Assembly (NCBI GenBank): GCA_023231065.1
Contig: JALNWE010000008.1
Location: 3,308-67,307 of the forward strand
Length of the DNA: 64,000 nt
Source: Bacteroidales bacterium
GTDB taxonomy: Bacteria > Bacteroidota > Bacteroidia > Bacteroidales > FEN-979
Direction of reading: 5' to 3'
Both the position numbers and the translations under genes were made by a program. Numbering within the stretch: position 1 is the stretch's first letter; every line of letters begins with the position of its first letter. Below the pieces are notes generated by a model. It worked only from the letters and a program-made list of their open reading frames with translations. It searched no databases and had not been told where the DNA came from. This document shows positions 1 to 10,386 of the stretch, piece by piece.

Positions 1-197
1 ATCGCGATCATGTAGCCGTGGATACCGTATGCGATGTTTGGGGAACGGCTGAATTTCACGAAAGGGAAGCTTATGACCTTATGGGAATTACCTTCAATAA
101 CCATCCTGACCTCCGCCGGATTTTTCTCGATGAGAGCTGGAAAGGGCATCCCTTGCGTAAAGATTATGTGGATGAAGTAAATATCATAGAACTGTAA
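1..197 (+). CDS. nuoC: NADH-quinone oxidoreductase subunit C (30-kDa subunit), C-terminal part; 5' end outside window
   Basis: The frame starting at nt 6 reads [63 protein letters not shown], then stop TAA 195-197. This is the conserved NuoC C-terminus ([23 protein letters not shown]). It is absent from the ORF track because it has no start in the window. It ends 3 nt before the nuoD ATG. Confidence 0.85.
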   Translation, partial: RDHVAVDTVCDVWGTAEFHEREAYDLMGITFNNHPDLRRIFLDESWKGHPLRKDYVDEVNIIEL

Positions 198-200
198 GGT

Positions 201-1325
201 ATGAAAGAAGACATCAACCCGCCTGTCAGAAATATTGAGGAGGAATACCATATTAATATTGGCCCCCAGCATCCTTCCACCCACGGGGTCCTCCGGCTGG
301 TCGCCTCCCTCAAAGGAGAAACGGTAACAAGCCTGAAACCGCATTGCGGGTACATTCACCGGGGAATCGAGAAAATGTGTGAAAAAGACACTTATCCCCA
401 GGTCATTCATCTCACGGACAGGATGGACTACCTCTCGGCCCACATCAACAACCATGTCGTGTGTTTGCTTGTTGAAAAAGCGCTTGAAGTGGATGTTCCG
501 GAACGGGTACAATACATCCGTACCATCATGGACGAATTGACCCGTATTGCCTCCCACCAGCTGTGGTGGGGCTGTTTCGGAATGGACATGGGTGGGCAGA
601 CCTGTTTGCTTTACGGGATGCGCGACCGTGAAAAGATCCTTGATGCATTTGAGGAATCATGTGGTTCCCGTTTACTCCATAGTTATTATACACCGGGTGG
701 TTTGATGAAGGATATCCATCCCAATTTCCAGAAAAAGGTTAAAGATTTCATTAAATATTTCCGGAAAAAGATCCATGATTATGATTGCATCCTCACCGGG
801 AACGTCATCATGCAGGAAAGGACAAAAGGAGTTGGTATCCTTACCAAGGAAGAAGCGATCGACTATGGCGTTACCGGTCCCACAGGACGCGCGTCGGGAT
901 TTTCCTGCGATGTTCGCAAACGTTATCCTTATGGCGTTTATGATAGAGTAGGTTTCAAAGAGATCCTGGGGACCAAAGGCGATACCTTTGAACGCTATAT
1001 GATGAGGATGTTAGAAATGCGTGAGTCGATGAATATCATCGAGCAGCTCATCGACAACATTCCTGCCGGAGACTATACCGCCAAGATGAAAGCGGTGCTT
1101 AAACTTCCTGCCGGCGAATATTATCAGCGGGTAGAGTCCGCCCGTGGTGAACTGGGAGTTTATGTAGTGAGCGATGGCAATAAATCCCCATATCGTATGA
1201 AATTCCGCTCGCCGAATTTCTCAAACCTCAGTGCGCTTGACCATATATGCCGTGGATTTAAGATCGCAGACCTCATAGCAATCAGCGGATCCCTCGATTT
1301 TGTTATTCCCGATATTGACAGATAA
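201..1325 (+). CDS. nuoD: NADH-quinone oxidoreductase subunit D (49-kDa subunit)
   Basis: 374-aa ORF with [13 protein letters not shown] near the N-terminus and [11 protein letters not shown] plus a terminal DIDR, typical of NuoD/Nqo4. It lies between nuoC and nuoH. Confidence 0.95.
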   Translation: MKEDINPPVRNIEEEYHINIGPQHPSTHGVLRLVASLKGETVTSLKPHCGYIHRGIEKMCEKDTYPQVIHLTDRMDYLSAHINNHVVCLLVEKALEVDVPERVQYIRTIMDELTRIASHQLWWGCFGMDMGGQTCLLYGMRDREKILDAFEESCGSRLLHSYYTPGGLMKDIHPNFQKKVKDFIKYFRKKIHDYDCILTGNVIMQERTKGVGILTKEEAIDYGVTGPTGRASGFSCDVRKRYPYGVYDRVGFKEILGTKGDTFERYMMRMLEMRESMNIIEQLIDNIPAGDYTAKMKAVLKLPAGEYYQRVESARGELGVYVVSDGNKSPYRMKFRSPNFSNLSALDHICRGFKIADLIAISGSLDFVIPDIDR

Positions 1326-1338
1326 TAAAAACTTATCT

Positions 1339-2427
1339 ATGGACTTTAGTATTTACGACTTAACGTCATTCGACCAGGGGATCGATAAATGCCTATACGA
1401 GAACCTGACCCCTTTCTGGGCAACTGTCGTGGAAATGACGCTCATTGGGTTAATCTTCCTGATCTTTTATGCACTGGTTGCTTTGTTCCTGATATATGCC
1501 GAACGTAAAGTATGTGCTTTCATGCAGAACAGGGTTGGTCCAAACCGGGTTGGCCCTTATGGCATCTTTCAGCTCATTGCCGACTTTATCAAGCTGATGC
1601 TGAAAGAGATAATTCCCATCAAAAATGCCGATAAATTTTTATTCAACCTGGCCCCCTTCATTGTGGTCATTGCCTCTTTCATGGCCATGGCCGCCATTCC
1701 TTTTGCTAAAGGGCTGCATGCTATCGATTTCGATATCGGTATCTTGTATGTGGTTGCGGTATCATCGATGGGTGTGATCGGGGTTTTATTAGCCGGCTGG
1801 TCGAGCAACAACAAATATTCGCTCATCGGCGCCATGCGGTCTGGGGCCATGATCGTGAGCTATGAATTATCGGTGGGGCTTTCGCTGCTTACCGTTGTCA
1901 TCCTGGCCGGAACAATGCAGTTCTCCGCCATTGTTGAAGGGCAGGCCAACGGATGGTTTATCTTCAAAGGACATCTTCCCGCCGTTATTGCTTTTATAAT
2001 CTATTTGATCGCTGGTACCGCTGAAGCAAATCGCGGGCCGTTTGACCTGGCCGAAGCCGAATCGGAATTGACGGCCGGATACCACACGGAGTATTCCGGG
2101 ATCAAGTTCGCCCTTTTCTATATGTGTGAATATATGAACATGTTTATTGTAGCCTCCATCGCTGCCACTGTATTTTTAGGTGGTTGGATGCCCCTTCATA
2201 TCAGCGGCTGGGAAGGTTTTAACCATGTCATGGATTTCATCCCGCCCTTTTTATGGTATCTCGGAAAGACCTTCGCTTTAGTCTGGGTGATAATGTGGTT
2301 CAAATGGACTTTTCCAAGGTTGCGGATCGACCAGGTGTTGACCCTTGAATGGAAATACCTTTTACCCATCAACCTGGTCAATATTCTTATTATGGCATTT
2401 ATTGTATTAATGGGTTGGCATTTTTAG
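1339..2427 (+). CDS. nuoH: NADH-quinone oxidoreductase subunit H (ND1)
   Basis: Polytopic membrane ORF with [17 protein letters not shown] and [18 protein letters not shown] motifs. ATG 1339 (MDFSIYDL) is preferred over the track start at 1300, which overlaps the nuoD 3' end. Confidence 0.92.
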   Translation: MDFSIYDLTSFDQGIDKCLYENLTPFWATVVEMTLIGLIFLIFYALVALFLIYAERKVCAFMQNRVGPNRVGPYGIFQLIADFIKLMLKEIIPIKNADKFLFNLAPFIVVIASFMAMAAIPFAKGLHAIDFDIGILYVVAVSSMGVIGVLLAGWSSNNKYSLIGAMRSGAMIVSYELSVGLSLLTVVILAGTMQFSAIVEGQANGWFIFKGHLPAVIAFIIYLIAGTAEANRGPFDLAEAESELTAGYHTEYSGIKFALFYMCEYMNMFIVASIAATVFLGGWMPLHISGWEGFNHVMDFIPPFLWYLGKTFALVWVIMWFKWTFPRLRIDQVLTLEWKYLLPINLVNILIMAFIVLMGWHF

Positions 2428-2433
2428 AAAACT

Positions 2434-2916
2434 ATGAAGAGCTTTTTCAAATATTTTACTGGTATTTTTTACGGTGTAAAGTCACTCCTGTCGGGGTTGA
2501 GCGTCACCGGGAAATACTTTTTCAGCCCCGGGGCGATCGTTACCCAGCAGTATCCCGAGAACCGCAAGAAACTGGAAATGTTCGACCGGTTCAAAGGTGA
2601 AGTGGTCATGCCACACGACGAAAAGAACCACCATCGTTGCACGGGTTGCGGAATCTGTGGAAACAGTTGTCCTAACGGATCCATCGAGATCATCCAGGAT
2701 AAGATCGATACTCCCGATGGGAAAAAAGAACGGATTATCGGCAAACACATCTATCATTTGTCGATGTGCACTTTCTGCGGGCTCTGTATCAAATCATGTC
2801 CCTCCAATGCACTGGCATGGGGCCAGGAATTTGAACATGCTGTCTTCGACCGGTCCAAGCTGACCAAGATTTTAAATAAACCCGGATCATCCATTTCTAA
2901 AGATATTGCAGAATGA
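2434..2916 (+). CDS. nuoI: NADH-quinone oxidoreductase subunit I (2x[4Fe-4S] ferredoxin-type)
   Basis: 160 aa with two CxxCxxCxxxCP motifs (CTGCGICGNSCP, CTFCGLCIKSCP). Position in the operon fits. Confidence 0.92.
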   Translation: MKSFFKYFTGIFYGVKSLLSGLSVTGKYFFSPGAIVTQQYPENRKKLEMFDRFKGEVVMPHDEKNHHRCTGCGICGNSCPNGSIEIIQDKIDTPDGKKERIIGKHIYHLSMCTFCGLCIKSCPSNALAWGQEFEHAVFDRSKLTKILNKPGSSISKDIAE

Positions 2917-3425
2917 CGACCAATCAATTGATGTTCATAATCTTTTCGGCAATCATTATCATTTTTTCTGTCATGACTGTGACCAGCCGCCGAATACTCC
3001 GGGCTGCCACTTACCTGCTTTTTGTATTGGTGGCCACCGCGGGTTTGTATTTCCTGTTGCAATTCAACTTTCTGGCTGCCATCCAGCTTACTATTTATGT
3101 GGGCGGTATCGTGGTGCTGATCATCTTCTCTATTTTACTTACCAGTCATATCGGTGACAGGCTGGAAGCCCCTGGATGGAAAAAAATTGTTCCGGCAATT
3201 CTTGTAGCCACATTTGGCGCCGTGATTACCCTTATTACTGTACTACAATTTGATTTTCCAACAAAGGCCATAACCGGCAGTGAACGCACAGACATCCGCG
3301 AGATCGCGAAAAGCCTGGTCAGTACTGAAAAATTCGGATATTCCCTCCCCTTTGAAGTGATCAGCATCCTGCTGCTCGCCGCTATGGTGGGGGCCATCAT
3401 CCTGGCAAAGAAACGTGAAGATTAA
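2913..3425 (+). CDS. nuoJ: NADH-quinone oxidoreductase subunit J (ND6)
   Basis: 170-aa hydrophobic ORF. Its ATGA start overlaps the nuoI stop. Operon position between nuoI and nuoK. Confidence 0.88.
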   Translation: MTTNQLMFIIFSAIIIIFSVMTVTSRRILRAATYLLFVLVATAGLYFLLQFNFLAAIQLTIYVGGIVVLIIFSILLTSHIGDRLEAPGWKKIVPAILVATFGAVITLITVLQFDFPTKAITGSERTDIREIAKSLVSTEKFGYSLPFEVISILLLAAMVGAIILAKKRED

Positions 3426-3448
3426 TTTATATTTAATAGCAAAGCATT

Positions 3449-3766
3449 ATGTTTGAAGGCATTCCGTTACACTGGTTTCTCATTCTCGGCACCATCATGT
3501 TCTTTGTCGGTATTTATGGATTTCTGACCAGAAAAAACCTGATCACCATCCTTATGTCGATCGAGTTGATCCTCAATTCGGTCAACATCAACTTTGTCGC
3601 GTTTAACAAATTCCTTTACCCGGACCACCTGGAAGGAATGTTTTTCACGGTATTTATTATAGCTGTTGCCGCGGCAGAGACATCGATAGCCATTGCCATC
3701 ATCATCAATATATATCGCCGTCTGGTGGATATTGATGTGGATAAGATGAATAAAATGAAATATTAA
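3449..3766 (+). CDS. nuoK: NADH-quinone oxidoreductase subunit K (ND4L)
   Basis: 105-aa three-helix membrane protein (SIELILNSVNINFVAF, AVAAAETSIAIAII) with conserved membrane-embedded Glu residues. Operon position fits. Confidence 0.9.
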   Translation: MFEGIPLHWFLILGTIMFFVGIYGFLTRKNLITILMSIELILNSVNINFVAFNKFLYPDHLEGMFFTVFIIAVAAAETSIAIAIIINIYRRLVDIDVDKMNKMKY

Positions 3767-3822
3767 AAATTGTCAATTGACAATGAAGAAAAACGTAAGT
3801 AAAAATCGTAAATCGTTGACTT

Positions 3823-5748
3823 ATGATCGATTTTAGTTATACTGCCTGGATCCTGCTTCTTCCAATATTTCTGTTTATAGTGATTGGCTTGTTAGGGAAC
3901 CGGTTCAAACCGATTGTTTCAGGCATTGTCGGTACGTCGGGCCTGTTTATCATCTGGCTCTTGTCGTTGGTTACTGCATACAAATATTTCTTTGTTCTTG
4001 AGAAAGCTGCCGACGGATCCTTCCTGAAATTCATGGCCTTCAACATGCGCTGGCTGAACCTGACCGACAAGCTTCATATCGATATGGGCGTTTTACTTGA
4101 TCCCATATCGGTCATGATGCTCATTGTGATCACCACGGTTTCTTTAATGGTACATCTGTACTCTATTGGGTACATGCATGGCGAAAAAGGGTTTAGCCGG
4201 TTTTTTGCGTTGTTGTCGCTTTTCAGTTTTTCGATGCTGGGGCTGGTAGTGGCTACCAATATTTTCCAGATGTATGTTTTCTGGGAGCTTGTTGGGGTCT
4301 CTTCATATCTGCTTATTGGTTTTTACTACACCAAAGATTCTGCTGTTGCGGCTTCGAAGAAGGCCTTTATTGTGACCCGGTTTGCTGACCTGGGATTTCT
4401 CATCGGTATCCTGATGCTCTCTTATGTTACGGGCACCTTTGATTTCATTACCCTGACGGGGCCTGATAGTCCCGCCCTGACTTCAGGACAGGGGGTGTGG
4501 TTTCTCGGTCTTTCCACCATGACCTGGTCAATGATCTTTGTTTTTATGGGTGGCGCGGGAAAATCTGCCATGTTCCCGTTACACATCTGGTTGCCTGATG
4601 CCATGGAAGGACCGACCCCGGTTTCTGCCTTGATTCATGCAGCCACAATGGTCGTTGCAGGTGTTTACCTGGTTGCCCGCCTTTTTCCGATCTATGTTTT
4701 CTCAGCTCCGGTCGCGCTCGATATTGTCATGTGGGTGGGAGCTTTCAGCTCCATTTTTGCGGCCATTATCGCTTGTACCCAATACGATATCAAACGGGTA
4801 CTGGCTTATTCAACCATTTCGCAGATCGGGTTAATGATGTTTGGCCTGGGTGTTTCCGGTTACGGGGGCCATGAAGGGCTAGGGTACATGGCATCCATGT
4901 TCCATCTTTTTACCCATGCCTTTTTTAAAGCCCTGCTTTTCCTTGGCGCCGGGGCCATCATCCATGCCGTTCACAGCAATTATATGAACGATATGGGTGG
5001 GTTGCACAAGAATCTCCCCATTACCCATGCTACATTTCTGATCGCTTGTCTTGCCATTGCCGGAGTTCCGCCCTTAGCAGGGTTTTTCAGCAAGGATGAG
5101 ATTCTTGCGGCCGGTTCTGAAAGGAGCCTTTTATTATATTGGGTCGAAATGATCGTGTCGGGTTTAACGGCATTTTATATGTTCCGTCTCTATTTTTCCA
5201 TCTTCTGGGGAAAGAAACAGGAGTATCATCAGACCCCTCATGAAGCGCCGAAAACGATGACCATCCCGCTGATGATTTTAGCCTTAGGCGCCTTGTTGGC
5301 CGGGTTAATCCCCTTCTCGAATTTCGTTACCTCCGATCGCCTCCCGTTTGTATCACATTTAGATATGGGAATTGCTATTCCGGCGGTCCTGGTGGGGTTA
5401 ACAGGAATCGTTGTGGCAGCATTTTTCTATCTGAAAGAAACGGATATTCCGGATAAGGTTTTTAAAGCCCTGGGCAGCTTTTCACAAGCAGCTTTTCACA
5501 AATTCTATATTGATGAACTTTATCTTTTCATCACCAAAAAAATCATCTTTAACTATATTTCACGCCCTGTTGCCTGGTTTGACCGTCACATTGTGGATGG
5601 GGCGATGAACGGGTTAGCTTACATCACCAACGAAACCTCGGACCGTATCAAGAAACTCCAATCCGGACAACTTCAGCAATATGCCCTTGTTTTTATTTCG
5701 GGCGCTTTACTCCTCGTTTTGTTATTCGTTTATTTATGGACCAGCTAA
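3823..5748 (+). CDS. nuoL: NADH-quinone oxidoreductase subunit L (ND5, antiporter-like)
   Basis: 641 aa with HIWLPDAMEGPTPVSALIHAATMVVAGVYL, the signature of ND5/NuoL-type subunits. It has the long C-terminal extension expected for NuoL. Confidence 0.95.
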   Translation: MIDFSYTAWILLLPIFLFIVIGLLGNRFKPIVSGIVGTSGLFIIWLLSLVTAYKYFFVLEKAADGSFLKFMAFNMRWLNLTDKLHIDMGVLLDPISVMMLIVITTVSLMVHLYSIGYMHGEKGFSRFFALLSLFSFSMLGLVVATNIFQMYVFWELVGVSSYLLIGFYYTKDSAVAASKKAFIVTRFADLGFLIGILMLSYVTGTFDFITLTGPDSPALTSGQGVWFLGLSTMTWSMIFVFMGGAGKSAMFPLHIWLPDAMEGPTPVSALIHAATMVVAGVYLVARLFPIYVFSAPVALDIVMWVGAFSSIFAAIIACTQYDIKRVLAYSTISQIGLMMFGLGVSGYGGHEGLGYMASMFHLFTHAFFKALLFLGAGAIIHAVHSNYMNDMGGLHKNLPITHATFLIACLAIAGVPPLAGFFSKDEILAAGSERSLLLYWVEMIVSGLTAFYMFRLYFSIFWGKKQEYHQTPHEAPKTMTIPLMILALGALLAGLIPFSNFVTSDRLPFVSHLDMGIAIPAVLVGLTGIVVAAFFYLKETDIPDKVFKALGSFSQAAFHKFYIDELYLFITKKIIFNYISRPVAWFDRHIVDGAMNGLAYITNETSDRIKKLQSGQLQQYALVFISGALLLVLLFVYLWTS

Positions 5749-5760
5749 TACTATAGAACA

Positions 5761-7272
5761 ATGAGTATTCTGACACTATTTATCATCATACCGTTACTGA
5801 CTATTGTTGGTATCCTGTTCTGTAAGACCGACATGCAGGTAAAATGGGTTTCTGTTGCCGGTATGGGGCTGCAATTTATTAACGCCATCGCACTGATCCT
5901 TCTTTTCTTAGCCGAACGACGGGCCGGGAATATAGCTGAGGTTCTTTTTGTTCAGGATAATTTGTGGTATGAAACGCTCAATATTCATTTTCATGTTGGC
6001 GTTGACGGCGTTTCGGTTGCCATGATCGGGCTCACTTCCCTGGTGGTGTTTGCGGGGATTTTTGCAAGCTGGGAAATAAAGGACCTGCACCGTGAATTTT
6101 TCACATTTCTTATCCTTCTGTCCAGCGGGGTGTTTGGTTTCTTCATCAGCCTCGATTTGTTCACCATGTTCCTGTTTTATGAACTGGCCGTGATCCCGAT
6201 GTACCTGCTGATCGGAATTTGGGGAAGTGGCCCGCGGCATTATTCAGCGATGAAGCTCACGCTGATGTTGATGGGAGGTTCTGCACTGATCATGCTTGGG
6301 CTGATCGGCATTTACCTCAACTCCGCCCCCAATGGCGGACCCTTGACGTGGGATATCATAAAAATATCGAAAGAGACCCTCCCGATGGATATGCAGCGTT
6401 TTCTTTTCCCATTACTCTTTGTGGGATTTGGGGTGTTGGGAGCGATGTTCCCGTTCCACACATGGTCACCCGACGGTCATGCCTCGGCGCCAACCGCGGT
6501 TTCCATGCTCCATGCCGGCGTTCTGATGAAATTGGGCGGATATGGTTGTTACCGGGTTGCCGTGTTCCTTCTCCCGCAGGCCGCTCATCAGGTAGGTTGG
6601 ATTTTCCTGATCCTGGCCACGATCGGGGTCATTTATGGCGCTTTTGGCGCCCTCTGGCAAAAAGATCTTAAATACATCAACGCTTATTCTTCGGTCAGTC
6701 ATTGTGGCCTGGTGCTATTCGCCATTTTGATGTTCAACCAGACCGCGATGAACGGCGCTATCATGCAGATGATCTCCCATGGTATCATGACGGCCCTCTT
6801 CTTTGCCCTCATCGGGATGATATATGGAAGGACCCATACGCGCTATATCAATGAAATGGGAGGGTTGATGAAAGTCATGCCGTTCCTTTCGGTGGCTTAT
6901 GTTATCGCCGGTCTTGCTTCCTTAGGGCTTCCCGGGTTCAGTGGGTTTGTTGCTGAAATGACCATTTTTGTGGGCGCGTTTCAAAATGCCGATATTTTCC
7001 ACCGGGTGGTCACGATCATTGCCGCGTCTTCCATTGTGGTAACAGCTGTTTATATCTTACGCGTCGTGGGTATTTTACTGTTAGGGAAGATCCGTAATGA
7101 TGAATATGAACAACTCACTGACGCCAAATGGTATGATAAGATCAGTGTGGTATCATTAATCCTGGGCATTACCATCATCGGGGTGGCCCCACTGTGGCTT
7201 TCGGATATGATTACCGGGGGCCTGGGCCCGATCGTGCAAAAGCTGTTGGCGGCGGCGCCCATGATGCCTTAA
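5761..7272 (+). CDS. nuoM: NADH-quinone oxidoreductase subunit M (ND4)
   Basis: 503 aa with FPFHTWSPDGHASAPTAVSMLHAGVLMKLGGYG, an antiporter-like subunit motif. Operon position fits. Confidence 0.94.
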   Translation: MSILTLFIIIPLLTIVGILFCKTDMQVKWVSVAGMGLQFINAIALILLFLAERRAGNIAEVLFVQDNLWYETLNIHFHVGVDGVSVAMIGLTSLVVFAGIFASWEIKDLHREFFTFLILLSSGVFGFFISLDLFTMFLFYELAVIPMYLLIGIWGSGPRHYSAMKLTLMLMGGSALIMLGLIGIYLNSAPNGGPLTWDIIKISKETLPMDMQRFLFPLLFVGFGVLGAMFPFHTWSPDGHASAPTAVSMLHAGVLMKLGGYGCYRVAVFLLPQAAHQVGWIFLILATIGVIYGAFGALWQKDLKYINAYSSVSHCGLVLFAILMFNQTAMNGAIMQMISHGIMTALFFALIGMIYGRTHTRYINEMGGLMKVMPFLSVAYVIAGLASLGLPGFSGFVAEMTIFVGAFQNADIFHRVVTIIAASSIVVTAVYILRVVGILLLGKIRNDEYEQLTDAKWYDKISVVSLILGITIIGVAPLWLSDMITGGLGPIVQKLLAAAPMMP

Positions 7273-7330
7273 CGATGTATAATTTAGGTTTACGATATAG
7301 GAATTATTGATATAATAAAATTTCTGAACG

Positions 7331-8740
7331 ATGCTGATCATGAGACATGAATTACTGCTGATAGTTATCACGGTAATCCTATTGGTTGTCGAAATTTTTC
7401 TGCCCAATACCCGGAAGCGGAAGATCATTCTTCCGGCCATTCTGCTGATGGCAGCGGTAACGGTTATAGGTTTTTTCCCCGGCACACCGGGAATTTTGTT
7501 TGGCGGCATGTATCAGTCCACACAGCTCTCCATGTTACTGAAAAATATTCTGAATGTAGGCGTCCTGATTATTTTTATCCAGTCGGTTGACTGGCTGAAA
7601 CAGGATCAGAACAAGGAGAAGATCAGTGAATTTTATCTGCTGATGCTTTCGACGCTCATCGGGATGAACTATATGATCTCATCGGGCAATTTTCTGATGT
7701 TTTATCTTGGTCTTGAGCTGGCTACTATTCCGATCGCTGCATTGGCCGCTTATGAAAGGTTTAAAGAGAAATCGGCAGAAGCCGGGGTAAAACTGATCTT
7801 TATTTCAGCTTTGTCGTCGGGTATTTTATTATACGGACTTTCCATGATATACGGGACTACCGGAACAATGTACTTTGCCGATGTGGCGCCCCTGATCACC
7901 GGAGCCCCGCTACAGGTACTTGCTTTTATCTTCTTTTTCGCCGGAATGGCCTTTAAAATTTCACTGGTCCCGTTCCACCTGTGGACTGCCGACGTGTATG
8001 AAGGGTCCCCTGTAAATGTTGCATCGTATCTCTCGGTGATTTCCAAGGGAGCAGCCGTTTTCATTTTTACCATCATTCTTTACACGGTATTTACAAAAAT
8101 TGCCGTATTATGGAGTGAAGTCCTTTACGTGATCATCATTTTAACCATTACGGTAGGAAATCTCTTTGCGATGCGTCAGCAAAACCTGAAACGGTTTCTT
8201 GCATTCTCATCCATTGCCCAGGCAGGGTTCATCTTATTGGGTATCATTAGTCAAAGTCAGGTAGGCATGACCACCGTGATCTACTTTGTGCTGGTTTATA
8301 TTTTTTCCAACCTGGGCGCTTTTGGTGTTGTCGGCATCATTTCGAACCGCACCGGAAAAGAAACCATCAATGACTATGACGGGTTATATCGGACCAATCC
8401 CAAACTCAGCCTCGTGATGATGTTGGCCCTCTTTTCATTAGCCGGAATTCCTCCCCTGGCAGGATTTTTTGGGAAATTCTTCCTGTTTACCGCCGGGGCC
8501 AAGCAAGGATATTATATCCTGGTGCTGATCGCCCTGATCAATACCATTATTTCCTTATATTACTACCTGCTGGTGATCAAAGCGATGTTCCTTAACAACA
8601 GCGACCAACCCATTGCCTATTTTAAAAGCGATAATTATACGCGGTTGGGGCTGATCCTTTGTGTGGCCGGTATCGTGGTGATCGGGTTTACCAGTTCGGT
8701 TTATGAGTTGATTTATAACCTGAGTTTCGGATTGTATTAA
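7331..8740 (+). CDS. nuoN: NADH-quinone oxidoreductase subunit N (ND2)
   Basis: 469 aa with VPFHLWTADVYEGSPVNVASYLSVISKGAAV. It is the last antiporter-like subunit of the operon. An alternative ATG four codons in is possible. Confidence 0.92.
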   Translation: MLIMRHELLLIVITVILLVVEIFLPNTRKRKIILPAILLMAAVTVIGFFPGTPGILFGGMYQSTQLSMLLKNILNVGVLIIFIQSVDWLKQDQNKEKISEFYLLMLSTLIGMNYMISSGNFLMFYLGLELATIPIAALAAYERFKEKSAEAGVKLIFISALSSGILLYGLSMIYGTTGTMYFADVAPLITGAPLQVLAFIFFFAGMAFKISLVPFHLWTADVYEGSPVNVASYLSVISKGAAVFIFTIILYTVFTKIAVLWSEVLYVIIILTITVGNLFAMRQQNLKRFLAFSSIAQAGFILLGIISQSQVGMTTVIYFVLVYIFSNLGAFGVVGIISNRTGKETINDYDGLYRTNPKLSLVMMLALFSLAGIPPLAGFFGKFFLFTAGAKQGYYILVLIALINTIISLYYYLLVIKAMFLNNSDQPIAYFKSDNYTRLGLILCVAGIVVIGFTSSVYELIYNLSFGLY

Positions 8741-8756
8741 TGGAGGAAGGATAATT

Positions 8757-9086
8757 ATGGCAATGCTCAAAGGGAAACATGTAGTTACAGAAATAGAAGG
8801 AGTGCGGTGTACTGTTGTCGGGTCCGGGATTTCCGGTGAGCGTGCAGCGTTCCTGAAAGACCTGCTGGCCTATAACGGGTATGAAGTGAAAACAGAAGAG
8901 GAAAAAGCCAAAGATGGCTCCGGGACTGGCGCCTTCATTCTGGGGGTTACTGATCTTCTGATGAACCCGGTAATAAAGTTATTTCAGAAAAAGTTTTTCC
9001 GGAAAGACGGGAACGTAGTCAATGTGGCGTATTGGAATCAGTGGCCCGATCAATGGGATATCCCTTACTGTCAGATTCAGCATTAA
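8757..9086 (+). CDS. Hypothetical soluble protein (109 aa) trailing the nuo operon
   Basis: ORF starting 17 nt after the nuoN stop on the same strand. Composition is protein-like. I recognise no family. Confidence 0.45.
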   Translation: MAMLKGKHVVTEIEGVRCTVVGSGISGERAAFLKDLLAYNGYEVKTEEEKAKDGSGTGAFILGVTDLLMNPVIKLFQKKFFRKDGNVVNVAYWNQWPDQWDIPYCQIQH

Positions 9087-9090
9087 AAAA

Positions 9091-9288
9091 ATGCAAAAAC
9101 TGGGCAAATATTTCTCTGTTTTCGTCATTCTCCTTTATTTTTTTCTTGGAATATTTATTCTTGTAAGCCCAAGATTTCAATATCTTCCAAAAGGGATAAA
9201 AATAATTTTTTCGGTCTTTCTGTTCCTGTATGGATGTTACCGCCTGGCCCGGATCTGGACTAAAAGCAGGGAAAATGACGGGGAATAG
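9091..9288 (+). CDS. Small two-helix membrane protein (65 aa)
   Basis: Internal ATG 9091 (MQKLGKYFSVFVILLYFFLGIFILV...) of track ORF 9022..9288. It has two hydrophobic helices. The 9022 start would overlap the preceding ORF. Confidence 0.4.
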   Translation: MQKLGKYFSVFVILLYFFLGIFILVSPRFQYLPKGIKIIFSVFLFLYGCYRLARIWTKSRENDGE

Positions 9289-9364
9289 TCAAATTTCCCT
9301 TGACAATTTTCCGTTTTGATGTACATTTACCTTTTTAAAACAGCAAGGAGAATAATAATTTTAA

Positions 9365-9372
9365 TAACTTTG
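9365..9372 (+). promoter_or_regulatory. Candidate Bacteroidota -7 promoter element (TAACTTTG)
   Basis: Exact match to the TAnnTTTG consensus, 40 nt upstream of ATG 9413. Confidence 0.35.
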
Positions 9373-9412
9373 TGTTTTACATAAGAATCCATTGATTTTT
9401 AGTCATTAAGCA

Positions 9413-10369
9413 ATGAAAAATAGAACCATGGACCTGTACAGGTTTTTTTTACCGGCAAGTGTTTTTTTCCTGCTAATAATGAACTCCTGTGGTGATTCCG
9501 GACAAAAAAACACGGATACTCCAACTTCGGGCCGGATCAAAGTAGGGGTTGATGAATCATACCGTCTTCTGATCGATGCAGAGGTTTATACTTTCGAAGC
9601 GATCTATAAAAACGCCCATATTGATGCCCAGTATAAAACGGAAGCCGATGTTATCAATGATTTTATGAACGACTCTGTTCCTTTGATCATCGTAAATACA
9701 AAGCTGAATGAGAAACAAGTTGAATATTTAAGGTCTATTCAGTATGTCCCAAAAACTACTTTGATTGCACACGATGCCATAGCCCTGGTAGTGAATAATG
9801 AAAATCCGGATACGAACCTGTTATATCAAACCGTAAAAGATATTTTCCTTGGAAAGATAACATCCTGGAAACAGATCAATCCAAAGTCAAAATTAGGGCC
9901 CCTGCGGGTTGTTTTTGATCATCTTAAATCGTCCAATCCCCGGTATTTCAAAGAAAAATTCGCCCTGGATTCATTCCCCCCGACTTGTTCTGCCGTACAA
10001 AACAACGAGGAGGTTATTAAATATGTTGAAAATAACAAAAATGGCATAGGGATTGTAAGTGTCAACTGGATCAGCGATAAACAAGATACCGTGTCGAACA
10101 ATTTCTTAAAACGAATTAAAGTCATAGGCATTGCCCTGGAGGGTGACAACAACCAGGATACTTATTTTTACCGGCCTTATCAGGGTTATATTGCCGAAGG
10201 GTCTTATCCTTTTACCCGTGAAATATATTGCATTAACCGTCAGCCATATTCCGGTCTGGCGTTTGGTTTTTCAGCGTTTGTTGCCGGGGAGAAAGGCCAG
10301 CTTATTCTATTACATTCAGGATTGGTCCCGGCAGCGATGCCTGTTCGGATAGTTGAAATAAAACATTAA
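9413..10369 (+). CDS. PstS-family-like periplasmic substrate-binding lipoprotein
   Basis: 318 aa with a lipoprotein-type signal (FFLLIMNSCGDSG). The overall pattern (GRIKVGVDESY..., GIGIVSVNWI) resembles phosphate-binding-protein-like SBPs that accompany Ton clusters in Bacteroidota. Recognition is from memory only. Confidence 0.7.
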   Translation: MKNRTMDLYRFFLPASVFFLLIMNSCGDSGQKNTDTPTSGRIKVGVDESYRLLIDAEVYTFEAIYKNAHIDAQYKTEADVINDFMNDSVPLIIVNTKLNEKQVEYLRSIQYVPKTTLIAHDAIALVVNNENPDTNLLYQTVKDIFLGKITSWKQINPKSKLGPLRVVFDHLKSSNPRYFKEKFALDSFPPTCSAVQNNEEVIKYVENNKNGIGIVSVNWISDKQDTVSNNFLKRIKVIGIALEGDNNQDTYFYRPYQGYIAEGSYPFTREIYCINRQPYSGLAFGFSAFVAGEKGQLILLHSGLVPAAMPVRIVEIKH

Positions 10370-10386
10370 ACAGAGGAGAACTTTTT

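Noticed and set aside
1300-1338. Longer nuoH start at 1300 given by the ORF track
   Set aside because: It overlaps the last 26 nt of nuoD and adds a non-conserved peptide. ATG 1339 gives a normal intergenic spacing.
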